A stretch of 46,568 nucleotides of DNA. Origin: an uncultured Bacteroides sp. GTDB lineage: Bacteria > Bacillota > Clostridia > Lachnospirales > Lachnospiraceae. The notes beneath the pieces were generated by a model, which ran no database searches, was not told where the DNA came from, and saw nothing but the letters and a program-made list of their open reading frames with translations. Numbering within the stretch: the first letter of the stretch is position 1; every line of letters begins with the position of its first letter. The stretch is from positions 1 to 46,568 of the forward strand of contig CAMBEF010000001.1 in assembly GCA_945865495.1 (NCBI GenBank), written 5' to 3'. Below are positions 20,089 through 28,902 of the stretch, piece after piece. The translations under genes were made by a program, and so were the position numbers.

Positions 20089-21224
20089 TGGTAACAGATA
20101 ATTTCCCGGATATATCTTTCATCGAAGATGCCACGATTGAAGAAGTTATGGCTACGATGATTCAGGATTATCAGGACAAATATAAAGAACTCACAGGACG
20201 TGAAGTATCGCTAGGACAAGCAGACCCCTACAGGCTGATTATGTATGCCTGTGCCGTACAGATATATCAGGCTATGCAGTACGCAGATTACGCAGGCAAG
20301 ATGAGCTTTCTGAAATATGCAAATGGCGAATACCTTGATAACCTGGCAGCAATCAGAGGAGTCACAAGACTTAAGGCTACACCGGCAACGACAACACTTA
20401 AGTTCACCATCGATAGCCCTTTGCAGTCCGCTGTGAGTATTCCGGCCGGAACCAGAGCAACAAATGGCAATAATGTATTTTTTGCAACAGATACATATAC
20501 GGAAATTAAAGTTGGCCAGACCACGGTATCTGTGTCCGCCACATGTACGGATGAAGGAGCTCTTGGAAATAACTTTGCTGAGGGCGAAATCAACATGTTA
20601 GTTACAGCGCTTCCATACATCACTAGAGTTGAGAACACGGTCCTGACGTTCGGGGGCTCTGATACAGAGAGCGACGACGACTTAAGAGACAGGGCTTTTG
20701 AAAAACCTGAAAGTTATTCGACAGCCGGTCCATCAGGAGCATACAGATACTTTGTGAAGCAGGTTGATACATCAATATCGGATGTGATTGTAAGATCAGA
20801 CAATCCCGGAGAAGTACAGGTGCTTTTTATCACAGATAATGGAATGCCAAGTGCAGCATTAATTGAAAAGGTCAAGACAGCACTTGAGGATAGGAGCGTA
20901 AGACCTCTGACGGATAAAATCGTGGTCAAAGCACCAGGCACCAAGGCGTATAACGTCGATTTGACTTATTACATTTCATCAAGTGAGAAGGCATCTGTGG
21001 CCGCAATTCAGGAAAACGTGAATGCAGCAGTTGAGATATACAACCTGTGGCAAACTGAAAAAATAGGAAGAGATATAAACCCGTCATATCTGACACAGCA
21101 GATCATGGAAGCAGGCGCCAAAAGAGTATCAATTACGGCTCCGGTATTTACTGTGCTAAATAATGACGTTTTGGCAACAACAGGAACTGTGTCTGTGAAG
21201 TATGGAGGACTAGAGGATGATTAA
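20088..21224 (+). CDS. Baseplate J protein
   Basis: YANGEYLDNLA, GGSDTESDDDLR, YSTAGPSGAY and VRPLTD motifs. Confidence 0.95.
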   Translation: MVTDNFPDISFIEDATIEEVMATMIQDYQDKYKELTGREVSLGQADPYRLIMYACAVQIYQAMQYADYAGKMSFLKYANGEYLDNLAAIRGVTRLKATPATTTLKFTIDSPLQSAVSIPAGTRATNGNNVFFATDTYTEIKVGQTTVSVSATCTDEGALGNNFAEGEINMLVTALPYITRVENTVLTFGGSDTESDDDLRDRAFEKPESYSTAGPSGAYRYFVKQVDTSISDVIVRSDNPGEVQVLFITDNGMPSAALIEKVKTALEDRSVRPLTDKIVVKAPGTKAYNVDLTYYISSSEKASVAAIQENVNAAVEIYNLWQTEKIGRDINPSYLTQQIMEAGAKRVSITAPVFTVLNNDVLATTGTVSVKYGGLEDD

Positions 21225-22128
21225 GCTACAGGACAGCAACATTACGCACATCCTTCCGGTTAAGTTTAAGAATGACCCTAAAAATAAAGCTCTTGGATAT
21301 GCGCTTGCAAATGCCACCAAACGATTAATCAAATATGAGAAATCGACGAGTGTATATGCCCGCATAGATACCGCAAGCAATGAAGTACTTGATACGCTTG
21401 CGGCCGAGTTTAACACTCAGTATTACGATACATCACTTGGTATTGAGGCTAAACGACAGCTCGTTAAAAATGCACTCATATGGCACATGACATCAGGCAC
21501 ACCGGCAGCAGTCGAAGAACTGATAACCGCGGTATTTGGCGAGGGCGAAATCAAAGAATGGTTCGAGTATGGTGATGAACCTTATTACTTCAAAGTTATT
21601 ACAAATGCCCTTTTAACTGAGAACATCAACAGTCAGTTTACCAGTATACTTGAAGAAGTAAAGAATACAAGGTCACATATCCGGGCAATCGAGATACATC
21701 GAAAGGTTAATTTACCGTATACATCAGGAGCTTGTGTCCATGCCAATACAAAACCTGCAGCAATCATTGATGGCTACAACGTCAAGAGAGATGCACAGGG
21801 CAATGTCATGGCCGGAGTCGCAGGACATACTGTGACGCATCCAGTGCCAGTCAGAGACGGCTTTAAAGTCAATGGCAATAAAATCACCACTGAAATAAAT
21901 GCAGGCGCAGGAAGTTCAAATACGACGCATCAGGCGGCGATTATAGATGGATATTCAGAGGCAGGTGCAAGAGTTACCGGGACAATCAATACCTGTGCAG
22001 CGAGCACGCTGCAGATTAAGCCATCTGAAATTAGGGAGTCAATGACATTCAAGGCTCCGAAAGTTAATCAGGCTACATCAGCCGGAATACAGGCTGATAG
22101 CAGATATAAAAATACTATCAAGGAATAG
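21217..22128 (+). CDS. Baseplate/tail protein I (P2 gpI-like) with a repeated C-terminal extension
   Basis: LDTLA, GTPAAVE, EWFEYGDEPYYF and KNTRSH, then ~30-aa repeats ending in (I/V)(I/R)DG(Y/F). Confidence 0.85.
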   Translation: MIKLQDSNITHILPVKFKNDPKNKALGYALANATKRLIKYEKSTSVYARIDTASNEVLDTLAAEFNTQYYDTSLGIEAKRQLVKNALIWHMTSGTPAAVEELITAVFGEGEIKEWFEYGDEPYYFKVITNALLTENINSQFTSILEEVKNTRSHIRAIEIHRKVNLPYTSGACVHANTKPAAIIDGYNVKRDAQGNVMAGVAGHTVTHPVPVRDGFKVNGNKITTEINAGAGSSNTTHQAAIIDGYSEAGARVTGTINTCAASTLQIKPSEIRESMTFKAPKVNQATSAGIQADSRYKNTIKE

Positions 22129-22140
22129 GAGGAATAATTC

Positions 22141-22743
22141 ATGCCACAGCCATTCAATAATGCAGTCATGACCAATGCCGGAGCAGCGCTCTTGACGAGA
22201 GCTCAGGCGGGAGAAATCAAGATTCAGTTCACCCGCATCGCAACCGGTAACGGAAGCTACACTGCGGACGAAAAAACGCTTGCCAGATTACAGCAGGCGA
22301 CAAAACTCAAATCACTGAAAAACAGCTATCCGCTATCGGATATAGATGTATTCAGTGATCATTCAGTTAAGGTCACAGCCTTAATTACCAATCAGGATCC
22401 TGTGTCTAAAAAGACACTTGTATCTGCAGGCTATTACATCAACGAGATGGGACTGTACGCTAAGCCACAGGGCGCCGCAGACAGCCAGGAGGTGCTCTAT
22501 TCGATTGTTGTTACAGCCGGCACAAACGGCGACTTCATGCCGCCATACAACGGTTACAATCCGGCGCAGATAACACAGGATTACTTTGCAACTGTCAACA
22601 ACAGCGCTCAGGTAACAATCAACACAGCCGGTGCAGCTTTACTTGCAGAGGATGCCAATAAGCTGAGAGACGATAGCACCCATATGAAATGCAAGCTAGG
22701 TATCGATAATGGTCTGATATATGTACAGGCTATCAGCGAATAG
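22141..22743 (+). CDS. Short tail-fibre/collar protein (gpH N-terminus / DUF3751-like), probable adaptor for the DGR-diversified protein
   Basis: MTNAGAALL...FTRIATGNG...GYYINEMGLYA; C-terminal DDST..KCKLGIDNGLIYV. Confidence 0.75.
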   Translation: MPQPFNNAVMTNAGAALLTRAQAGEIKIQFTRIATGNGSYTADEKTLARLQQATKLKSLKNSYPLSDIDVFSDHSVKVTALITNQDPVSKKTLVSAGYYINEMGLYAKPQGAADSQEVLYSIVVTAGTNGDFMPPYNGYNPAQITQDYFATVNNSAQVTINTAGAALLAEDANKLRDDSTHMKCKLGIDNGLIYVQAISE

Positions 22744-22764
22744 GAATAGGAGGATGAAAACGAA

Positions 22765-24039
22765 ATGGAAATTGGAGAAAAAATCTATGTAGCCGATAAG
22801 GCCACACTTGACAAGGTATACAACATTCTTGCCGCTGACCCGGTATGGGGATTCATTGAGCACATGGATGTTAAGAGTCCATCAGCAAGAGTCACACCAA
22901 TCGGGCTCAATAAGAATTATAAAAATGTAACAAGAAATGGTGACACCGGAGTCGTGTCTCTTAACGACTGGGCAGATCACCCGGTTATCAAGGCCAATAA
23001 ACCATACATGGTTAAGGCTGATGGCACTCCGGACTACAGACTGTCTGAGACAGATTACACCAAGAAGCTTGACGGTACCGGTTCAGATGTGGCCAACACA
23101 TCATACAATGGCGGTGCTTTTGCGTGGTTTCCTAAAGTATACAAATACGAAAAGATGGAAGGTAATGATCGTACAGTCCTCTTTTCGATGACGCCAAGAG
23201 AAGGATATGAGCCAAACGGCTTCATCGATCCATCGAACAATGAGCTTGAGGGAGTGTGGCTGCCAATGTTCTACGGTTCAAGACTTGGCGCAGATGGTTC
23301 AACACCTAAGATGGTATCACTTTCGGGATTACAGCCATCGTACAATACAACAACGGCACAGGAGCACACAGCCCTGCAGAACTTTTCAACAAGAGCCATG
23401 TTCCTCGGTGGACCTATCGTGGAGACAATCATTGATTTCCTGATTATGATCGCAGGAACCACAGACCTTCAGACAGCCTTCGGTCACGGCAACTGCAGCG
23501 GATATGACGCGTCGCAGGCGCCTACATACGGCGTGAAGCAGAACGCCGTAGTTGGCGGCGGACAGTTCTATGGAACCGACGACAATAAGAGCCTTAATAA
23601 GATATTCCATTCGATTGTGCTCGGAAGCTATCAGCAATGGATGAGAGACCCATATGAACTTGTAGTTAATGGAAGAGTCAAGGTCAGCAAAAATTACACT
23701 TACGACCTAACAGGAGCCACATATTCAGATACAGGTATCAATGTACCGAACGGTCCTGACAGATGGGAATATCCATTAAGATATCAGACAGTCCCGGGAT
23801 ATGGTTCAATCCCTGCCGTTGTATTCGATGGCGGTTCCACAGGAACCGCCTCATGTGATGGTTCGTATAGACATAGGTCACAAACTACGATAACGGCGGT
23901 GACCCTTCGGTTCGGTGATTGCGACTATGGGTTCGTCGACGGCCCGCGTGCGCGTTTTTGGGACTTTGACGCTTCTAATGCGAACTGGAACTTTTCCGCT
24001 GCCGAACTTCTCTTGCCACCTGTCGGCGTAGCCGCTTAG
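22765..24039 (+). CDS. DGR target protein, probable receptor-binding/tropism determinant (CLec-like C-terminus inferred)
   Basis: Last tail-module gene; its 3' end contains a variable repeat matching the downstream TR (RFG.C..G...GPRAR.W..DASNANWN.SA). Confidence 0.9.
   Translation: MEIGEKIYVADKATLDKVYNILAADPVWGFIEHMDVKSPSARVTPIGLNKNYKNVTRNGDTGVVSLNDWADHPVIKANKPYMVKADGTPDYRLSETDYTKKLDGTGSDVANTSYNGGAFAWFPKVYKYEKMEGNDRTVLFSMTPREGYEPNGFIDPSNNELEGVWLPMFYGSRLGADGSTPKMVSLSGLQPSYNTTTAQEHTALQNFSTRAMFLGGPIVETIIDFLIMIAGTTDLQTAFGHGNCSGYDASQAPTYGVKQNAVVGGGQFYGTDDNKSLNKIFHSIVLGSYQQWMRDPYELVVNGRVKVSKNYTYDLTGATYSDTGINVPNGPDRWEYPLRYQTVPGYGSIPAVVFDGGSTGTASCDGSYRHRSQTTITAVTLRFGDCDYGFVDGPRARFWDFDASNANWNFSAAELLLPPVGVAA
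23895..24003 (+). repeat. DGR variable repeat (VR)
   Basis: 109-bp near-copy of 24160-24268 with 10 mismatches, all opposite TR adenines. Confidence 0.97.
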
Positions 24040-24044
24040 GGGGT

Positions 24045-24079
24045 CTGGGGGTGCGCGTTTATTTGCGCAATTCCCCCAG
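24045..24079 (+). promoter_or_regulatory. GC-rich hairpin downstream of VR (DGR target-recognition element)
   Basis: CTGGGGG-TGCGC-gtttattt-GCGCA-att-CCCCCAG, just after the target stop codon. Confidence 0.75.
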
Positions 24080-24159
24080 TAGAGATTATTTTGTAACTTT
24101 ATAAACTAGGTATCTATCCTTGACTGATATAACAGGGGAGGAAGCAGGCGTCACCTCTG

Positions 24160-24268
24160 GGCGGTGACCCTTCGGTTCGGTAATTGCAACAATGGGTTCA
24201 TCGACGGCCCGCGTGCGCGTAATTGGAACAATGACGCTTCTAATGCGAACTGGAACATTTCCGCTGCC
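24160..24268 (+). ncRNA. DGR template repeat (TR), part of the DGR RNA
   Basis: Non-coding copy of VR with 23 adenines, mostly in AAY triplets, located between target gene and RT. Confidence 0.95.
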
Positions 24269-24456
24269 TTTATTCTATCCATAATTGGAATATAGACATA
24301 AAGCTTGGCATCCTTCCTACACCACTGACGATTGAGACATCGTTATATCCGCAATTATTTGTTTTGGTGAGTGAAAATTAACTCGATACAGGGCACGCGG
24401 TAAAGCGGTCGCACCTGCCGCGTGTAGGGGATAGAAGAAAAAATATTCGAGGTACT

Positions 24457-25602
24457 ATGAAACAGTACAAATATCTGTATCACAAAATGCTTGATGAAAA
24501 TGTTATCAGACAAGCATACAAAAAGTTAAGGAAAGGAAAAACAAAACGTAAAGAAATAATCGCTATTGATGCGAACCTGGATGAAGAAGTCGTAACAATG
24601 AGAAGGATGATTGAAAATACTAAGCCACCCGATGTAGAGGTTGAGCATCCGGAGTTGTCGTACAGGCCATGCAAAAGAACCCCAAAGTACATCTATGAGC
24701 ACGGCAAACGAAGAAGGATATACATGCCGGAGATTCATGAGCAGTGGTTACACCACATCATAGTATTGATTCTTGAACCGATAATCACGGCTACGTCATA
24801 TCCCTATTCTTGCGGTAGCTTTCCGAAGAGAGGAGCTCATTATGGCAAGAAAAGATTACTTAAATGGATAAGAGATGGAACTAACATCAAGTATTTTGGA
24901 AAAATCGACATTAGACATTTCTATGACAACATCAGAATTGACATACTGATGAGAGAGCTTGCTATCAGAATTAGTGACACATGGTTTCTGTATGTAATTA
25001 GATTATGCATGGCCGGTTTTTCAAAAGGGATTCCACTCGGATTCTATGTATCACAGTGGCTGGCCAACTATCTGCTGGAACCGCTTGACGAGTTTATCAG
25101 GAAGCTGGGCTTTGAAAAATATATGCGTTACATGGATGACATGGTATTTTTCGGCACCGCAAAGAAAAAGATTCATGCAGCAATTACTCAGATCAGAATG
25201 TTTATAGGAAGGCGCTACCGACTTAAGCTGAAACATAACTATCAGGTCTGCAGGTTTCATTATGAATCAAAGAAGCGTACTGTTGGAAGACCGCTCGATT
25301 TTATGGGGTTTCTGTTTTATCGAAATAAGACTATCATGCGAAAAAGTATCATGCTAGAAGCGGTAAGGACAGCAAAGAAGCTTAATGCGGCCAAGAATGC
25401 CGGGAGAGGCTTTTATGTCAGGCATATTAAATCAATGCTTAGTCATATGGGATGGTTTAGCTGCACAGACACTTACGATTGTTACAACATACATATTAAG
25501 CCACTTGTGAACATCACAAAGCTTAAGAAGATAATATCAAAATTAGACAGGAGGAATAACAATGAAACAGTGGAGAGAGGAACACTGCTCAACACAGCCT
25601 AG
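24457..25602 (+). CDS. DGR reverse transcriptase
   Basis: KIDIRHFYDNI, GIPLGFYVSQWLANY (DGR-type G...SQ motif), RYMDD and DFMGF; adjacent TR/VR pair. Confidence 0.97.
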   Translation: MKQYKYLYHKMLDENVIRQAYKKLRKGKTKRKEIIAIDANLDEEVVTMRRMIENTKPPDVEVEHPELSYRPCKRTPKYIYEHGKRRRIYMPEIHEQWLHHIIVLILEPIITATSYPYSCGSFPKRGAHYGKKRLLKWIRDGTNIKYFGKIDIRHFYDNIRIDILMRELAIRISDTWFLYVIRLCMAGFSKGIPLGFYVSQWLANYLLEPLDEFIRKLGFEKYMRYMDDMVFFGTAKKKIHAAITQIRMFIGRRYRLKLKHNYQVCRFHYESKKRTVGRPLDFMGFLFYRNKTIMRKSIMLEAVRTAKKLNAAKNAGRGFYVRHIKSMLSHMGWFSCTDTYDCYNIHIKPLVNITKLKKIISKLDRRNNNETVERGTLLNTA

Positions 25603-25825
25603 CGAGCTTGAAGTAATCGCCGATGGCATCTTGATGCAGCGCAAGGACATTGAGGCCGTGGAGCATGAGGCTACAGAGGATATGGCAGCGTACACAGACT
25701 ATGTATGCCAGAGCCGGGAAATCACCGTATCGGAGTACGAAATGCTCAAGAGTATTGAGAGCATCAATACCGACAAGGCAATTGAAGAGTATACATTACA
25801 GCTTATGCAGGAAGGAGCAATCTAA
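25562..25825 (+). CDS. Small acidic phage protein preceding XkdX
   Basis: AGGAGG RBS; overlaps the RT end; typical position upstream of an XkdX-like gene. Confidence 0.7.
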   Translation: MKQWREEHCSTQPSELEVIADGILMQRKDIEAVEHEATEDMAAYTDYVCQSREITVSEYEMLKSIESINTDKAIEEYTLQLMQEGAI

Positions 25826-25827
25826 TC

Positions 25828-25971
25828 ATGGCAAGTACATTGGCATTAGTTTTCAAGAGACTTTACAACAAAGGTGAAATCACAAAAGAGGATGTAGCCG
25901 AGAGAGTGAAGTCCGGAAAAATTACAAAGGCAGACTACAAGTATATCACCGGAGAGACATACAATGGATAA
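25828..25971 (+). CDS. XkdX-family protein (47 aa, absent from the ORF track)
   Basis: MASTLALVFKRLYNKGEITKEDVAERVKSGKITKADYKYITGETYNG with the V..GKIT..DY..ITGE.Y motif; AAGGAG RBS. Confidence 0.8.
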   Translation: MASTLALVFKRLYNKGEITKEDVAERVKSGKITKADYKYITGETYNG

Positions 25972-26140
25972 TTTGGTCGAAATCGTGGAGAATCAGAGCA
26001 AGGTCATATCTATTCAGTCAGGTGTAATCAGTGATTTATTTACACTTTTGGCGCAGTATATGAGTGCAGATGAGCTCAATTCACTTCCACAGGTTGACAG
26101 CATCAACGAGGCGGCCATTTTGGCATCTGAATGTATGTAG
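25964..26140 (+). CDS. Hypothetical 58-aa protein (absent from the ORF track)
   Basis: MDNLVEIVENQSKVISIQSGVISDLFTLLAQYMSADELNSLPQVDSINEAAILASECM; GGAG RBS; overlaps the upstream stop. Confidence 0.6.
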   Translation: MDNLVEIVENQSKVISIQSGVISDLFTLLAQYMSADELNSLPQVDSINEAAILASECM

Positions 26141-26228
26141 TCGTACAAATTAATGATTAAATAATAGAATGCGGCTATGAGGCAAATACACAGCCACATG
26201 GACGCATTCTAAGAGAGGAGGTATACAG

Positions 26229-26672
26229 ATGTCACTTGCAGAATTTTTCGTCGGAGGTAGCGGGATAGCGGTTGCAGTTCTGACACTAGTGCAGGTTGTC
26301 CCAGTTAAGATTAATCCCTGGTCATGCATAGCAAGATCCATTGGAAAAGCACTCAATAAAGACATGATGGATAAGCTGGAGAGTGTTCAGGACGATGTCA
26401 AAGACCTAAGCAACAAGCACAGAAACCTCGAATACCGCATGGATAAAGACAAGGCCGATGATTGTAGGACAAGAATACTACGCTTTGGAGATGAGCTGAG
26501 ACGAGGGGTAGAGCATTCCGAGGAGTTCTTTAATCAGATTCTTGATGACATTTCAGATTATAAGCGTTATTGCACAGAGCATCCAGAATACAAGAACGAC
26601 AAAGCGGTAAATGCCATCGCTGAAATAGAAAAAGTTTATCAGCGATGCATGGAAAAAAATTCATTTTTATAA
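26229..26672 (+). CDS. Membrane-anchored lysis-cassette protein
   Basis: N-terminal hydrophobic helix, VKINPWS, coiled coil, RTRILRFGDE; directly upstream of the holin. Confidence 0.7.
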   Translation: MSLAEFFVGGSGIAVAVLTLVQVVPVKINPWSCIARSIGKALNKDMMDKLESVQDDVKDLSNKHRNLEYRMDKDKADDCRTRILRFGDELRRGVEHSEEFFNQILDDISDYKRYCTEHPEYKNDKAVNAIAEIEKVYQRCMEKNSFL

Positions 26673-26688
26673 CAGGAGGTAAAGGAAC

Positions 26689-26928
26689 ATGAAGAAAATT
26701 GATTGGCTAAGGAAACTTTCTAGCAGAAAATTCTGGGCAGCAGTGGCCACATTCGTATCTATGATGATTGTAGCCTGCGGTGGTACACAGGATCAGAGTA
26801 CACAGGTCACAGCACTTATCATGGCCGGAGCATCAGTTATTGCCTACATAATTGCAGAAGGTTTCACAGATGCAACATACAATGATGACAGTTCAGACAA
26901 TGATGACAGTTCAGACAAGGAGGACTAA
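26689..26928 (+). CDS. Holin
   Basis: IDWLRKLSSRKFWAAV, two hydrophobic segments, YIIAEG..D; acidic tail with an 18-bp tandem repeat. Confidence 0.85.
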   Translation: MKKIDWLRKLSSRKFWAAVATFVSMMIVACGGTQDQSTQVTALIMAGASVIAYIIAEGFTDATYNDDSSDNDDSSDKED

Positions 26929-26930
26929 TC

Positions 26931-27719
26931 ATGGGAGTAATAATCGGATCAGCAAGAATCAATGAAAAAGGTACAGTTTCCGGAGGAAAAGCTGGAGACC
27001 AGACAAGAAGAGAAGTATCAACACAAGCTTATTACATACACTCTAAAGGTTGGTACTGTCTGAGACCTAAGTCAATCAGTGTAGCCAACGCACTTGCGGA
27101 TGCAATGATCGAGGCGTGCAATAATAATTGCATTGGCTACTGTCAGACACATCGAACAAGCGTTATCCCAAAACTTCGTGCAGCAGGTCGATTAAGCAAA
27201 ATCAAGACTAACGTTGAGACAGACTGCAGTGAGCTTGTCAGAGCATGCTGTATTCAGGCCGGCTTCGACCCGGGTGACTTCAACACAGCTTCAGAAGTTA
27301 AGGCACTTAATGCCACTAATCAGTTCATGGCTAAAATCAGCGTAACATCAAGTACTACGTTGTATAATGGAGATATACTTGTGACCAAGTCTAAAGGACA
27401 TACAGCAATCGTTGTGTCTGGGCGTCCAAGACAGGCAGCTAAGCCAAGCGGCTCGGCAAACACAAACTCGACCAAGGTTGTAGCGGCTCAGCATCGAGAC
27501 AATAACCTGGCTGGCACATATACAGTGACAGCATCAGCGTTGATGCTTAGAACCAACACAAATACAGCGTCAAGCGGTAACATCCTGAAAAGGATGCCTA
27601 ATGGAACAAAAGTGAAATGCTATGGCTACTACAACATCGATAAAAACGGTCAGAAGTGGCTTTATGTTGATTACAGGGGAACCGTTGGCTACGCATCGGC
27701 CAAATATTTGAAGAAATAA
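26931..27719 (+). CDS. Endolysin (CHAP/NlpC-like catalytic domain plus SH3-type cell-wall binding domain)
   Basis: ETDCSELV (Cys) and GDILVTKSKGHTAIV (His); C-terminal YTVTASALMLR...WLYVDY..TVGYASAKYL. Confidence 0.85.
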   Translation: MGVIIGSARINEKGTVSGGKAGDQTRREVSTQAYYIHSKGWYCLRPKSISVANALADAMIEACNNNCIGYCQTHRTSVIPKLRAAGRLSKIKTNVETDCSELVRACCIQAGFDPGDFNTASEVKALNATNQFMAKISVTSSTTLYNGDILVTKSKGHTAIVVSGRPRQAAKPSGSANTNSTKVVAAQHRDNNLAGTYTVTASALMLRTNTNTASSGNILKRMPNGTKVKCYGYYNIDKNGQKWLYVDYRGTVGYASAKYLKK

Positions 27720-27821
27720 TATTTGTGCAACATGCTGTATTGACTGCGCAGGGCGGTTTATGATATCATGTGGCGCTGAGGGGGTCCGGGGGTGGAAATC
27801 ATTTCCGGACCCTATAATTAT

Positions 27822-27869
27822 GCACAAAAAGATGAAATGAGGATAGCCTTCATTTCATCTTTTTTGTGC
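27822..27869. terminator. Bidirectional intrinsic terminator
   Basis: GCACAAAAAGATGAAATGAGG-atag-CCTTCATTTCATCTTTTTTGTGC between convergent gene blocks. Confidence 0.85.
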
Positions 27870-27920
27870 TGATAACTACGAATGCAAATCATGTATTTGC
27901 AGAATCATTATAGCATATTG

Positions 27921-28271
27921 TTATTGTCGGAGCAACTTATAGCCATATTCAAGTACGGCCAGGCTTGAATCATCCTTATAAGAGCTTTTGTCAAGCTTAT
28001 CAACACGCTCCAGCATGGGATTCAGATACACAGTCAAGTCATCAACTGTGTATTGCTCAGCTGGCGGTAATTCAGAGTTGTAATCTCTTGCAACAATCCG
28101 GTACTGTGCCTGTGATTTTAGGATTGCATCAAGGTCACTTTTATAATCTTTAATCTTAGCAGTTACGCGTATCTGATGCACATTACTTTTACCTGGAGGT
28201 ATCGCAACATATATGATCCGGTTCTCCGGAAAATCGCAGGCTACAACTTTGTAGATATACATCTTAACCAT
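27921..28271 (-). CDS. Hypothetical protein
   Basis: GGAGG RBS on the minus strand; part of a coupled leftward cluster. Confidence 0.65.
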   Translation of the reverse strand: MVKMYIYKVVACDFPENRIIYVAIPPGKSNVHQIRVTAKIKDYKSDLDAILKSQAQYRIVARDYNSELPPAEQYTVDDLTVYLNPMLERVDKLDKSSYKDDSSLAVLEYGYKLLRQ

Positions 28272-28462
28272 GGATGTTTCACCTCCTCAAATAATTCACA
28301 TAAGCGCTCGGGAGACAGGGACAGCGTGATATTTCCTCTATATAGGTGAAATTTATCATAGTAAATTTCACCTTTCCATATCTGGCCCGGAACCAATCGG
28401 CAGTAGACAGCATCATGTTGTCCGCCAGCTAAAAAAATAGTTTGTTTAGGCGTAAATCTCAT
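28241..28462 (-). CDS. Hypothetical protein
   Basis: ATGA overlap with the YopX gene. Confidence 0.55.
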   Translation of the reverse strand: MRFTPKQTIFLAGGQHDAVYCRLVPGQIWKGEIYYDKFHLYRGNITLSLSPERLCELFEEVKHPWLRCISTKL

Positions 28463-28902
28463 TTCTCCTCGCTTTCCAATAATTCTTTATTGTCAAAAAT
28501 ATTGCCGATAACTTCTGTGTTTCTATCGGAAACCCAAAAATATAAATCTTTATACCACATCAAATCATCATCCCATTTTTTAACTTTCCATTGAGCTTCA
28601 TCCCAAAGAACAATAACTTTGCCAAGCCCACATCTGACTATATCATTCTCCCAAATTAGCTTGCCGTTCTTGTCTTTCAGACCGGTGCATTGGCAGGCGG
28701 TGAATCTTTCAATCCTTGGGGCTTTTTCTGTCGTTACACAAGTTCCTGTAGAATAGTCAATTTCAGTAATTATCCTATACAACTCGTCCTTATTGTCATA
28801 TACTAAAGCCCCTTCCACCCATTCTTTACTATCAAGTCGTTGTGCCTTGAATAAATATCTATCTTCCATGTTTTCTCCTATTCTGCTTCTGATTGAAGCC
28901 AT
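28459..28902 (-). CDS. YopX-family protein
   Basis: RYLFKA...WVEG...CQCTGLKDKNGKLIWENDIV...EVIGNIFDNKELLE; the start is probably the internal MEDRY. Confidence 0.9.
   Translation of the reverse strand: MASIRSRIGENMEDRYLFKAQRLDSKEWVEGALVYDNKDELYRIITEIDYSTGTCVTTEKAPRIERFTACQCTGLKDKNGKLIWENDIVRCGLGKVIVLWDEAQWKVKKWDDDLMWYKDLYFWVSDRNTEVIGNIFDNKELLESEEK

Noticed and set aside
24457-25602. RT as a group II intron, retron or Abi RT
   Set aside because: The DGR-type SQ motif, its size and the adjacent A-specific TR/VR pair explain it; no intron domain V or interrupted host gene is seen.
25562-25825. ORF after RT as the Avd accessory protein
   Set aside because: It is 87 aa and acidic, whereas Avd is ~120 aa and basic. 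It sits in the usual slot before an XkdX-like gene.
26931-27719. Endolysin 3' end as a second DGR target
   Set aside because: Despite the downstream G-rich motif, I saw no TR-like sequence here or elsewhere by eye.
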